In this document: positions 25,901 to 37,700 of the stretch, one piece after another
How the letters are laid out: each line of letters starts with the position of its first letter
Position numbering within the stretch: position 1 is the stretch's first letter
Translations under genes and position numbers: made by a program
Source: Dipteris shenzhenensis
Taxonomy: Eukaryota
DNA: 64,000 nt
Direction: 5' to 3' (one strand)
NCBI GenBank assembly: GCA_047967505.1
Contig: CM106538.1
The notes under the pieces: generated by a model
The model's database searches: none
The model's input: the letters and a program-made list of their open reading frames with translations, nothing else
What the model was told of the DNA's origin: nothing

Positions 25901-26784
25901 TTCCGCAGGCATAAGGGAGGATCTACGCACCATAGGGAGGATGTGTGAAGCTTGGCCACAAGAGAGGACAAATGGGTGTGTCTTTTTACCTTGTGCACTA
26001 TGGAGGTTATCAAAGCTAGAGATGGTGGTAGTGAAATGAGCTATCACTACAATTCGTACTCCCACTGGATGCATGAGGTGTTTGAAGGGGGCCTTCACAA
26101 AGAGCAAGAAAAGAGGTGTAGAGCCATTATATGGCTTGAAATCTCATGATTGGCACAAGATGCTCCAAGTAAGTATTTTATGTGCATAATATCTTTTTCC
26201 TTCTAAATTTGTGAGTGAATTAGAAGCAACTAATCAACCATTCCTCTTGTGTTCAGTTCATACTACCTACTAGCATTTCTCGTAGTGCATCGAAGGATGT
26301 GAAGGATTGTATTTATAAGATGGGCAAGCTTGTGAGGTACTTTACATGATACAAAATGTGAAGCGTATCAATGCTTCATGCAAGGTTTTCATATTGCTAA
26401 TATGGTGTACTTTTTCCTTACTAGGTATGTGAGCTCAAAGGAAATAGATCCCACCATGCTTGAGAATGCTTGCGTTATGTCAGTGGAGGTGGTTTGTTTA
26501 GTGGAGGAGACATTTCCACGTTCTATACTCACAAGCCAACTACATCTCATAGTGCATTTGGTGGATGAGATTGCTATATGCGGTACTATACATGCACGAT
26601 GGTTGTTCTTCCTCGAGTGCTTCATGAAGACCTTGAAGGGTTTTGTGAGACAAAATGCAAGGCCTGAAGGTAGCATGGCTAAGGGTTGGTTGGTACAAGC
26701 GTCACTTGTATATATTTCTGAGTTTCTTGTTGATGTGGATAGCTCTCTCCCATGACTATGGAGAGATGATGAAGACTATACGTG

Positions 26785-27745
26785 ACGCTGGCAAGAATGG
26801 CATGTGCTAACATGCACAAACATTTCTTGCCAGCACATGCTAACAAGCACATGAAATTCTTGCTCTAGCACATGCCTGTTATTGCATGTGCTAACAAGCA
26901 CCTATAATTACAAGCATTGCATATGCTAACTAGCATCTGGCAGTGGTAGATGAAAGTGCTAATAAGCATTGCTAGTGGATGTGCTAAAACCCAAACCCTG
27001 CTCTTTATGTTTTCTACCTAATGCGTTTATTTTCCACAACATGCAATTGTTATTAGCACATGCATGTTATTGCATGTGCTAACAAGTATATGCAATTACA
27101 AACATTGCATGTGCTAACTAGCATTTGGCAATGGTATATGAAAGTGCTAATAAGCATTGCACTTGTGCTAACAAGGATGGAAGGTGCTAATAAGCATTGC
27201 AGGTCCTAGCACACACAAGCAGTGCTGGAAAGAATTATAGGTGCTAACTAGCTTATAGTAGTGGTAGATGAGACTATAATAAGCATTGCAATTGCTAACA
27301 ATGACTGGAGGTGCTAACAAGCATGGTGCTAGCAAGCATTACAGGCGCTGGCAATAATGGCATGTGCTAACATGCACAAACATTTCTTGCCAGAAAATGC
27401 TAACAAGGACATGCGATTCTTGTGAGCACATGCATGTTATTGCATGTGCTAACAAGCACCTGCAATTACAAGCATTGCATGTGCTAACTAACATTTTCCA
27501 GTGATAGATGAAAGTGCTAATAAGCATTGCAAGTGCTAATAATGATTGCAAGTGCTCACAACCAGTGTAGGTGCTAGCATCTACAAGTGTTTGTTGTGAG
27601 ATGAGAGTGCTAATTGCAAGTTCTAGCCAAGATTCATAGTGCTAGGTGCTGGCAAGCATTGATTGTGTTAGCAAGCATTGTATGTGCCAAGAAGCCTATG
27701 ACATTGGTAGAAGAGAGTGCTAATTGGAATATGACAATTATAACT
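26785..27745. repeat. TGCTAACAAGCA-motif repeat array
   Basis: Dozens of tgcta(a/g)caagca / gtgctaa copies. Block 26785-26975 is repeated at about 27345-27535. Confidence 0.8.
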
Positions 27746-27819
27746 AGCATATGGCAAAGGTGAGAGGAAACCATCCCATGATTTCAGTTAAGAGCATATG
27801 ACAGTGGAAATCAACATAT

Positions 27820-28555
27820 CATAGTGTAAGGTGCACTGGGTGCTTGATGTAAATATTTTTGCCAACTCTTTCTTGGCACACATCGTTCTTGTTGGGGGAA
27901 ACATGCATCTTAGCCTCCCAAAATTATTGTACAAGTTCCTTTATTTCATCACTTATTGGGCTAGTGCAGTGTCACTTCCAACATGCAGCCAATGAGAATA
28001 GTCCATTACCATCATCAGCCCATGCATAGACTCTAGATCTTGCCTCACACAAGCTACGCCTAGGAACTTGAAGTACTCTTGTGACCTTTTCCAAGGAAAG
28101 GCACTGATTGGAGTTCATCAGCAGAGTCAATGCACTTTTCTTCAAAAACAACTCATCTTTGGAAGCTAGTTGCTTTACAATGGCTAGTGTACTACAAATA
28201 ATGTTAATGAGGCATGCTTGAATGTCACCTTTTTCTCTTAGTGAAAGGTCACAAAGGCATTAGACCCAAGGATGTTGCAATATTGAATTGAAAAGTTCAG
28301 TCTTGAGTTTTGCACCCATGCCAATCATCATGCTATAAAAAATTTTCACAGTTTTGTTAACAATCCTTCGCTTTTGCAAGTCATCAATTCCATGTAAGGT
28401 AACCTCCCTCCTATGTTTTTGTCTTGCATGCTACTCTCTTTTCTTTCTAGCTTCATAATCCCTTATGACATTGTCCTGTACTTGGTCTAATAGATCTTCC
28501 CATGTTGCCTTGCATTAGCTCCCATTGTTGGTAGCTCAAATGTAAACCCAAAACC
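27820..28555 (-). pseudogene. Fragment of an uncharacterised, probably transposase-derived gene
   Basis: Manual translation gives about 230 codons with a few stops, ending ISDEIKELVQ*FWEAKMHVSPNKNDVCQERVGKNIYIKHPVHL. I recall this pattern from Sola2-like transposase N-termini (unverified). Confidence 0.4.
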
Positions 28556-30709
28556 TGCAATTCAATGCAGACTAGAACTAGTCAATGCTCTGAACGGTTA
28601 ATGTGCATATGTTATGTGGCACACTATAGCAACATAGCAGACAGTTTCAATACATAGAGATGGGGCACAACATGTATGCACTATACAACATTATCTATGC
28701 TATACAAGGCTATACACCCCATAAAATCTGCCATGTAGCACATAGTTTGAGTGTAGACATAGATGTGGAGCTATGTATACTGTATAGCTCACTATTTGTG
28801 CTACTCAAACTGATATAGTACAAAATTTCAATATACATAGATGTGGCACACTATGTATGCTCTATAGCACACTATTTGTGCTATTCAACCTACAAGTCCT
28901 ACCATAGAAGGCTTTAGCTTTCATTGTTCCCACTGTCAATTGCTTAGTCAAGCTAATAGAACATCCTTTCCTAGTTGTGTCTTTGAATGATGTAGAGATA
29001 ATTAACTTGGAGAGGGTAGGACTTGGGCAAAAATCTTTTGATATAACGATTGTTTTCAAGGACTTCAAAAGCAAGTCCCTAGCATCATGCTTCAAGTCCT
29101 GACTAGCATTAACTAGCATATGATAGTCCACATCTTCAGCACATGAAAAGAAACCCACTATATAGACTTCCATGAAATTATAAATATCTCCCAGACACTT
29201 AGGAGATAGTAATATTCTTTGTAATCCTCTCTTCCTCTTCATCTTGTTCCATTGGTTGGCAGAGTGTACTTGGAAAGATCTATAATTTCATCAAAGGCTA
29301 GAACACAACACAGACTTCCATGAAATTATAGATCTCCTGTACACTTAGGAGATAGTAATATTCTTTGTAATCCTCTTTTCCTCTTGATCTTGTTCCCTTG
29401 GCTACTGAAGTGTACTTGGAAAGACCTATAACTATTGAGATATCGCATATCATAATGGAAGAATGGGAGTATGCTAGGGGATGCATGAGCAAGGTCGGTA
29501 TATATAATGTTATGCATAAGTTAGGAGCTTTCAACAATTTAGATTGCTTATTTAATTGATTTTGTCTTGGTGTAGTGTACTTTGTTCAATGCTATATGGT
29601 GTGAGGGCAAGCATTTTCAAACACAACGGATTGATGATAAGAGATACACACAAGATTGCAACATCATTGCTAGCTTTGAGGGAGCCAATAGAGCCATGGA
29701 TGATTAATGTGGCATAATCCAAGATATTATTAAGCTTGACTTTCGACGCTTCTTTGTGTACGTTTTGGATGTAAAGTGGTTTAAGGATGTGGTGGAAAGA
29801 GGTCCTAATGTAACAATCAAACGCCATGCAAGTGGCTTTGTAACTATTGACTCCACAAAGTTTTGGCAAAGTAAGAAGGATACACTAGTACTACTGCAAC
29901 AATGTGAACAGGTATTGTACACACATAAAAATACTCACTTTTAAATATTTGATACCTTCGATGATGCAAGGAAAATAACATGATTGTATTTGTGTTTGAA
30001 TTAGGTTGTATATCAACCAATGGTGGATAATAATAGGTGGTGGCATGTCATACCTATTACGTCACGTTCCAAAATAATGTATAGTACATTTACTAATATG
30101 GAGTGTATGGAGGATGATCATGGCAATGGAGGTGATGATGACCGTGATACGAGAGAGGAGGATGATCATGAGATATTGAGGCCATTACCCATGAGGACGA
30201 GCCTACCATTGGTGATGTTGATTTCGATGAGCACATGAGTAGCACAAGTAGTAGTGGGCTGAATGTATTTGTAGATCTCAACACTGGTTTGGATTTTGAA
30301 GTAGATAGTTTGGCAAGGGTTAATCTCATTAAGGATGAGATTGAACCGTAGCCCATCATTGATATTGGCAAAACTATTTCACATATTGTCTCATTCTCCT
30401 TACCTTACTTAATTTTTGTATATGTGGGTTTTCCAAAAAGCATTGATATTTTTATTAAAATTATGTGCTTTGGTAATCATGGGCAATGTTTGAAAAGCGG
30501 TGATGTACATTTATCAGCCTCCTACACCCAAATCTGACTTTCTGTATTCTCTATTTTGCATTTATAAAGGCATCTAAATTCGCATCTAATTCACAGTGTA
30601 GAAGCGTAAATAGACGCGCTATTAGATGCGCCTATATTTTCACTATTCTAGCAGTGCCTATAGAAGAGCCCGCTATTTTGCACATCTATAGTTGCTTTGT
30701 CTTGTTGTG

Positions 30710-32379
30710 TTTGCCCGGGCGAGTAGGTGGATTCCTTGCAATAAGTGCTTGCTCAATACTCCAAAAGTGCAACCATGCTTTTTTGATTGTTAGAGACTTT
30801 GAGTCCAATTTCCTAAGTGCATCTAAAACAGGTTTCATAGCATTAGCGGCATACTCAAATCGTTTCCATAATGCACGGGATCCTAATGTTTCTTTTAGGT
30901 CATGCATTTTCTCCTTTGTTGCCCTATGGGTCAACTCTGACCTCCATCGTTCAAATGCATCACAATGAAATGTCTCTATAAGAAAACTCATATTTTTCAC
31001 CAGAGATTGCAAAGTGTAGAAGTACGTGGCAAATCTCGTGGTTGCTGGCAATTGCAACATGGTAGAACCATCATGAGACATAAAGATTGCTTCGATCGTA
31101 CTAACTTGACAATGTCTTAAGCCTCACAAACAATCTCTTTGAACCATGGCACTTGTTTATACCAATCTTTCAATGCAAGATTTAAAGTATGTGTACAACA
31201 CACAGATGCATACAAATTGGTATACTCCCTTTGCAATATTCTTCCCGCCTTTTTACAACTCTTGGCATTATCCATGACAACCTGAACAACCTTTTTAGGG
31301 CCTAACTCTCTTATAACCTTGGATAACACACCAACCATATATGTCTGCCATCCCTGACTTCTTTACATGTGAGGAATCAATAGATGTGTGGAAGGCCTTC
31401 CCACATGGTGATATAACCATCATATTCAATAAAGCATGGCGTTTTATGCTTGTCCACCTGTTTGAGACAATTTTGTATTGGGTCTTATGCAATTGCTTGA
31501 AAATGCTACGATTTATGTGCTCTTTCTCTTTTGCATATGCCTTATCTAACAAGGACATACGCATTGTGTGGTAAGAAGGCGGCTTGAAGCCCGACCCATA
31601 GTTAGCAATGCGATTCCATGCAGCACTCATATCATTGTTATCGACCATACTCAGTGGATATCCTGATCGCAAGATTGATCTACCAAGTACATACTGTGCA
31701 TTCTCCAAGTCTTGAACCCAAATGCTCTCAACTATCATGGGTTGCCTCAAGCTAGGAGTAGCAATTGCCAACCTAGCTTCACGAGCCATAGGTGGCGATC
31801 TATCTTGCATGCTAGTGTCCACACAAGGAGTTATGGCATGGGAGCCTGCAACACTAGTACTTCTGCCAGTGTGTATGCTTATAGACTCTACTCCACTTAT
31901 ACCTTGACTTTTCCAAATTGATCTTCTTCGTATTTTTCCAGAAGCTTGCAACTTCTCTATCAAGGTGTGAGGTGCTGCAGCAGCTCCTAGGGCCACACAA
32001 TGTTGAATGCTCTTTATTGAGTCACCAAGCAAGTGGCCCCTTATGCGAGGTGCTCCCCTAGATTTGTGTATTTACAATACTTGCATTTCCACTCAATGTA
32101 GTCACGAACATTAATAACAAAGTCCCACTCTGGACCATGTGACTTATGTTTTTCCCCCTGTGCACTTGGAACAACTCTTTGGGAGGATTGTGACACCCGC
32201 ATAAATCCTCTTTCCGTATCTTGGTTACCAACCTCATAGGGTGGATCAAGCGTTGGGGTAGTGCCCATTTCGGCAATGAGATCTTCTTCTGTAACTCCTT
32301 CTTCAACCCCGGGAACATTTTCAAGCATATGAATACTAGCATGGGCATGACTCGATGCATCCACAGTTTGCCTAGACAC
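30710..32379 (-). pseudogene. hAT transposase, N-terminal part (BED finger plus DUF659-like)
   Basis: WKCKYCKY..H (BED zinc finger), GFKPPSYHTMRMSLL, GPKKVVQVVMDNAKSC..AG, CCTHTLNLALKD and ATTRFATYFYTLQSL; frameshifted. Confidence 0.85.
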
Positions 32380-33529
32380 AACTCATCTTGAAGATTGTGA
32401 ACAAGCATTTCTAATTTTAGATATTTTTTATTGTGCATTCGTAGTCGCACCACGTTCCCTATTTCTGCTCAAGTCATTGCCATCTCATCTCCCCCTTCTC
32501 TCGATACTTAAGGCCCTTAGCTTAAGAGTCAAGACTGCTCACTAACAATCACATTCATTGGCACTCACGATCATGGTCTGCAAGTTCTACAAAACGCAAG
32601 GAGTCGAAGTATAGACCACCCTCAAGAACACACAACAAACACTCGCATCCACTAGTCCTCATGTTCGTGGTCTACAATTTCCCCAAGATGCAAGAAATTA
32701 GAGGAGCAAACCACACCCACAGGTATAATGAATGATGACTCACTCTAACCCACTTAGCCTTATAACTATTTAGATCCAAATCATGGCTCACTTTCTTTCC
32801 CAACTTACCAAAGGGTTTATCGGGATATGAACCACAACCAAATCGAATGATGAGCCTCTATCGCCATTTCCACTGATATATAGCCTCGAGGCACATGAGA
32901 AACTGAGAATCTGCACCCCACAGCACCATCGATACACAAGACACTACCGGCGATAGTACTCATATTATTGACGGTAATATTAATTATCTTGGTGATGTAT
33001 ATTACGGCTAGTATTTACACCCTCTAGATAATAAATATTACCACTGGTAATATGAGTACTACTGCCGGTAGTATCTTGTGTACCGGTGGTGCTTTTATCC
33101 AGTTTATCGGTGATTTTTTTCGGTAACCTATGTGATCACGTTGTTTTCACGCTACTTGGAAGAGTAATTAATGAACACTAATAACCCATTAACGTAAACA
33201 TGAAAACGTGAATGTAATCCTTACTCCAGAACAAATAGAATTAATATACAGAAAACAATTACAATTTCATCATTAAGTTTTTTGTAGACATATGGATTGA
33301 TTCCTTGCATCTACATGATAGCAATCAAGTTGTAACATTTGTTATGAAGGCAATTCATAGTGTACATACAAAAAGAGATCACCTACCAGCAATTTTGAGA
33401 ATGTAGGCAAACAATTATACTTGAAAGAATAAGAATGTACTCTTTGTTTTCATTTTTCTCAATGCTAATTACTCATTGAATCTTTACTGAGATTGAAGTT
33501 GGGTTTTTGTTGGTTGGGTATACACATGA

Positions 33530-36444
33530 TGTTGAGAGTTGTGGTGCCATGAGCACTTGTAGAGCAAAGGTATGAGCAAAGGGTAAGCTGCCACATGGCA
33601 TGGAGGAGATATCCCACATGTGAGCAAGCAAAATGGATGTAAGTACCCTCACCTATAAAAGGGAGGTCCATTTGAAGGAATATCAATCAAGCACTTTGCA
33701 CTATCTCAAGATTCTCTTTATGAGTCCAAGTTAATCTATCTTGGAACCTAATTGACTTGAGATACATGTCATGAGCACTCTCTTCATTATGCTTGCACTT
33801 AGGTTGCATCCTCCGTAGATTAGTGTTGTATTAGGATGTAGTCTTAGTGACTAGGAGAGTAGGATCCTCACTTTGTCATGGTATCAGAGCTTAGGTCTAG
33901 TCTCCTAGATTAGTTGTAGGTTGCATTAGGAGCACAAGTTTTCTCCTAGGTTAGTTTTAGTTTTTAGATTGAGAGCAAATTTCCGTCCATTGATTCCTTC
34001 CATTGCATTGAGGGAATTCCGTCATTGAGAGAGATTTTCCATCCCCATTGTTCTTATGAGAAAAAGATAGGGAGAGAGGATTAGAAATCTGATTTTGAGA
34101 GAAAGGTAGGCTTTAGAGGATTCAATCAAGGAGAGCAGTGCCTCTGACGAAACGGCCTTCTAAGCTGAGTCTACAACCAAGGCTCCAAGACTCCAGCTAT
34201 GCCTACAACGACTACACGAGCAGCCCATGCTCACGCTCCATAGTCTTCAACAGTGCTCCTCTACGCTAGCAACGACCTAGCCACAGTGGACTGGCAGCTC
34301 CATTCAGCGCACCTCGAGTGACTAAACGAATGCCCAAAGCTTCATATGCCTTGCAACAAACGTTTCTGCCAGCAGCGCGGCCTCTCTCTATTTGCCTTCT
34401 ACACAGTGTTGGTCGACCAACGACCTCCATCGACGAAACCTCTGCATCGACCTCCAGAAGCTCCCTACAGCCAGTCGCCAACACACTACCTACAACCACG
34501 ACCCTGCAACAGCCACGGCCGAACTGCACCATCAGTGCGATGAGCTTCTGCCATAGCTGCCAAGCGTCGCCATAGCCATCTTCAGCGTCGCAACGCACAC
34601 GCAGCTCACTCCGTCCGCAGCTCGCAGCTCCTGAGTTTTTTCCGTCGCCGTCGTCGCAGAAGCTTCAGAGATCTCTTTCTTCTCTTTCTCCAAGGTTTCA
34701 TTGATTGACACGTGTCAAGATAGGACTTAACTGTGGTTACCTTAATGATCACCATGGTTAGGTTTAGTTGCGTGGACCATGGTTAAGTTAATCTAGACTT
34801 GGGTTAGAAGGTTGCCACATGGCACAGGGCTACCTAAGCACACAGCCCCTTTCTAAGCACAGTCCTGAATGCAGCATGTGAATGCCTGAGCCACATCATC
34901 AAGGCCCCCTTTTCTTCACAAAAGCTTCAACAAGCCATAACTTGCAATCCAGGAAGAATTTGCACACGCTCCAAAAAGGAAAAGTGATCGTCTTTTCGAG
35001 CTCTACGCGCCTGTCATGTTAGAATCATTGTATGCAATTAGACACTGCCAGATTTGAAAGTATCATCAAACTGGTAAGACCTTTGCAATGGCAATCCGCA
35101 CTCCAACTGTTGAGAAGTTCACCGGGGAAGGATTTCACACATGGTCTACACAAATGAGATATCTCCTGATGCACCAAAAGCTTTGGAAGATTGTAAAAGA
35201 AGACATACCCACTGCACAAAATGATACTTGGAAGGAAAAAGATGAAGCAGCACTATCACTCATTGGATTGCACTTGGGTCCAAACATAATTCATCATATA
35301 GACTCTAAAGATCATGCCAAGGATGCATGGGATGAGTTGAACACAGTGTTTGGTGCAAAAGCCAAAAACCAAGAAATCCATCTTAAGATTGAATTCTATG
35401 GTATGCACATGGGCTTCAATGAATCCATGGCACAATTTGTCAACAAAATCAAAAGCATTATGACTCAACTAGAGGGCATAAATGCAAAAGTAGGAGAGAA
35501 AGATGCACTTGCAATTCTCCTTAAAAGCATGCCTGCAGAGTATAGTGCATTGACAACCACTTTGAAGAATTTGCCAGATCCAAAGTTTGAAGAATGTGTA
35601 TCCTCTCTTCTCGAAAAAGAAAGAGAGTTAAAGGCATCGACATCAACATACAACAGCTATAATGAAGAACAAGCACTATTCAGTAAAACATCAGTGAAAT
35701 GCTACCATTGCGGAAGGATGGGTCACTATCAAAGTGACTGCAGATTGAAGAACAAACCAAAGTGTCACCATTGCAAGAAGCTCGGACACAAGGAAGAAGA
35801 TTGCAGATTGAAGAATCAACAAGTCAACTACGCGGAGTCATCATCAAGCCATGAGCCAAAAGGTGACATCAATGGAATGTATTGAAAAGCAAAAACCTTG
35901 CCAACCTTGCCTATGTTTTGTAATCAAACCTGACCACCTGAGAGTAGCTATGAAAGCACCCAGGGGAGGTATTGACATGTAAAAGCCACACTTGACCACC
36001 TTAAGTAGCAATGCAAGCACTAAGGGGAGGTGATGGAATGTAACTCACATCTGACCACCTTGCAGTAGCCAAAGGATCATGGCACCAAGGGGAAGTGTTG
36101 AGAGTTGTGGTGCCATGAGCACTTGTAGAGCAAAGGTATGAGCAAAGGGTAAGCTGCCACATGGCATGGAGGAGATATCCCACATGTGAGCAAGCAAAAT
36201 GGATGTAAGTACCCTCACCTATAAAAGGGAGGTTCATTTGAAGGAATATCAATCAAGCACTTTGCACTATCTCAAGATTCTCTTTATGAGTCCAAGTTAA
36301 TCTATCTTGGAACCTAATTCACTTGAGATACATGTCATGAGCACTCTCTTCATTATGCTTGCACTTAGGTTGCATCCTCCGTAGATTAGTGTTGTATTAG
36401 GATGTAGTCTTAGTGACTAGGAGAGTAGGATCCTCACTTTGTCA
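33530..36444 (+). mobile_element. Non-autonomous gag-only Copia-type LTR retrotransposon (TR-GAG-like), 2915 bp
   Basis: Two 349-bp TG..CA LTRs (33530-33878, 36096-36444) with only 2 differences seen. 5-bp TSD CATGA (33525-33529, 36445-36449). PBS tggtatcagagc (tRNA-iMet) at 33879-33890; PPT at 36087-36095. No pol. Confidence 0.95.
35088..35885 (+). CDS. Copia-type Gag with two CCHC zinc knuckles, 265 aa, intact
   Basis: KFTGEGFHTWSTQM, AKDAWDEL, ILLKSMPAEY, CYHCGRMGHYQSDC and CHHCKKLGHKEEDC; ends in a stop with no protease. Confidence 0.92.
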   Translation: MAIRTPTVEKFTGEGFHTWSTQMRYLLMHQKLWKIVKEDIPTAQNDTWKEKDEAALSLIGLHLGPNIIHHIDSKDHAKDAWDELNTVFGAKAKNQEIHLKIEFYGMHMGFNESMAQFVNKIKSIMTQLEGINAKVGEKDALAILLKSMPAEYSALTTTLKNLPDPKFEECVSSLLEKERELKASTSTYNSYNEEQALFSKTSVKCYHCGRMGHYQSDCRLKNKPKCHHCKKLGHKEEDCRLKNQQVNYAESSSSHEPKGDINGMY

Positions 36445-37489
36445 CATGAGGATATTGATCACGTTTTTAGCACAATCTCAAGAGAGCTAAAACACATGGA
36501 TATGGAGATAGTGGATGACTAGATAAGAAAATGTGGAAGGAAAGTTGGTGGCCACAAGGAAGGTATAGTATGCTCCATGGTCAAAAGAATGTATGATCGG
36601 AAGAGCTTTATTCTACCTTTCATACAAAAAGGTGGTGATGTGCTCATAGGTCATAGTGCTCCACATTACTTTCGATTTTTCATAAAGGATGAAAAACGAG
36701 TGATACGGTGGCAATACTATTCTCATGATACAACATGGGAACCTGAAGAACCTTACAGTCTCTTAACTTCAAGTTTGAGCAAAGAAATGCATCCGAAATG
36801 GGCTCCAATAAAAGAATTCAGCGAGAAATCCAAAGGTGAAATAGAAGGCTTGAAAGATTTTATTACATACAAAGCAAAAATGCTTTGAAGATTTCCCGAT
36901 TGGAAGCCCTCTTAGAAGGAACACAATGCTATTGTAATTAACAAGACCTACCAATTGATAAAGGACCTTGAGAAAATGCAAGAAGATGATGTTAAGGAAG
37001 AACGGCCTTTATTTTGGCCAAATGTTGGTAATGACTTGCACCCAATATGTGGTGTCTTTGAAAATGAGTTCAAATAGCTACTCCCACATTCATATTGTGG
37101 ACCAAAGAAGAGAGGGTTTATGCCACAAGTAGACATAGACGTTCATTGTTTTGTTACAGTTCGACCATGGGACGATGAATATGACTAGAATGTGAAGTTC
37201 TAGACTGCAAAAGTGGTGGACATGAGCATGGATGATCGGGGGAGAGCTACAACATTTACAGCGATGGTATGAGCCAAGGGGCAGGAAGGAGAACCAGGAT
37301 AACAATACACTGTATACTAGTTGTATGAAAAAGGAATGGGTTTCCAACCATGAAGCAGTTTCAGAGCTTTCCATAAAGACAGTCATAGTATCTTGAAAAT
37401 CAAGGACAAAAAAAACAAATAAGCACTTCAAACCTTTACGTCATTACTTACTTCAAACCTTTATGTTACATTTGCAGTGTCATTACTGC

Positions 37490-37700
37490 CCACCATCTCT
37501 AGATTAAATAATTTTGGTGGATGCTTCTCCATATAAATATTGCATCAAAAGTGCAAAAAGTTGCATATTTCTCGAGACATCCATCCATGAGGGAGAGTAT
37601 AGATAATGTGCTACTACCTCCCTTGGAAGAAATGAAAAGGATCTCTCAATCTGCAAGAATATATTAGAGAAAATTGTGTTTATCGACAATAAGTGACATG
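37490..37700 (+). pseudogene. Possible FCP1/NIF (HAD) domain C-terminal remnant
   Basis: IILVDASPYKYCI..SCIF..DNVLLP..NLQEYIRENCVYRQ across frameshifts resembles the plant LIDDSPYK..IFP..D..L..VQEYVKENPFGQ pattern. Confidence 0.3.

Larger units (their letters stand above)
23975..30351 (+). pseudogene. TnpD/Tnp2 transposase pseudogene of CACTA copy 2, interrupted at about 26777-29444
   Basis: Same exons as copy 1 with stops, deletions and a lost splice acceptor. About 290 bp of coding sequence is replaced by about 2.7 kb of unrelated DNA. Confidence 0.88.
19990..30709. mobile_element. CACTA (CACAA) element copy 2, decayed, inserted in the hAT transposase
   Basis: TIRs cacaacaacacaaagca (19990-20006) and tgctttgtcttgttgtg (30693-30709). 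TSD TTG/TTT (one mismatch; the host frame rejoins as RPG-Q/K-DNERRP). Collinear with 296-7889. Confidence 0.9.
13805..33223 (-). mobile_element. hAT DNA transposon (about 8.7 kb without the nested CACTA) carrying cargo genes
   Basis: Imperfect TIRs caaggattgcatattcacgt (from 13805) and acgtgaatgtaatcctta (to 33223). Degenerate 8-bp TSD ctcttgaa / ctccagaa (6/8). Removing it restores the host reading ESAIS(L/P)EQIELIYRKQLQFH. tactaccgg-like subterminal repeats at both ends. Confidence 0.72.
11800..37410 (+). pseudogene. Sola-like DDD transposase A (DUF7869-like), split into 11800-13804, 33232-33529 and 36450-37410 by two insertions
   Basis: CCTRKC and KCSDCDDLK lie before the hAT. After it come WIDSLHLHDSNQVVT and a degenerate LRMxANNYTxKNKN (QxDNCxRENKN). 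FLLVGYTH|EDIDHVFS is split exactly by the LTR element. Collinear with transposase B at 59879-63174. Many stops and frameshifts. Element termini not found. Confidence 0.75.

Noticed and set aside
35931-36095. Repeat-spacer pattern resembling a mini CRISPR array
   Set aside because: Repeats are degenerate, only three units, inside a plant LTR element, with no cas genes; explained as PPT cassettes.
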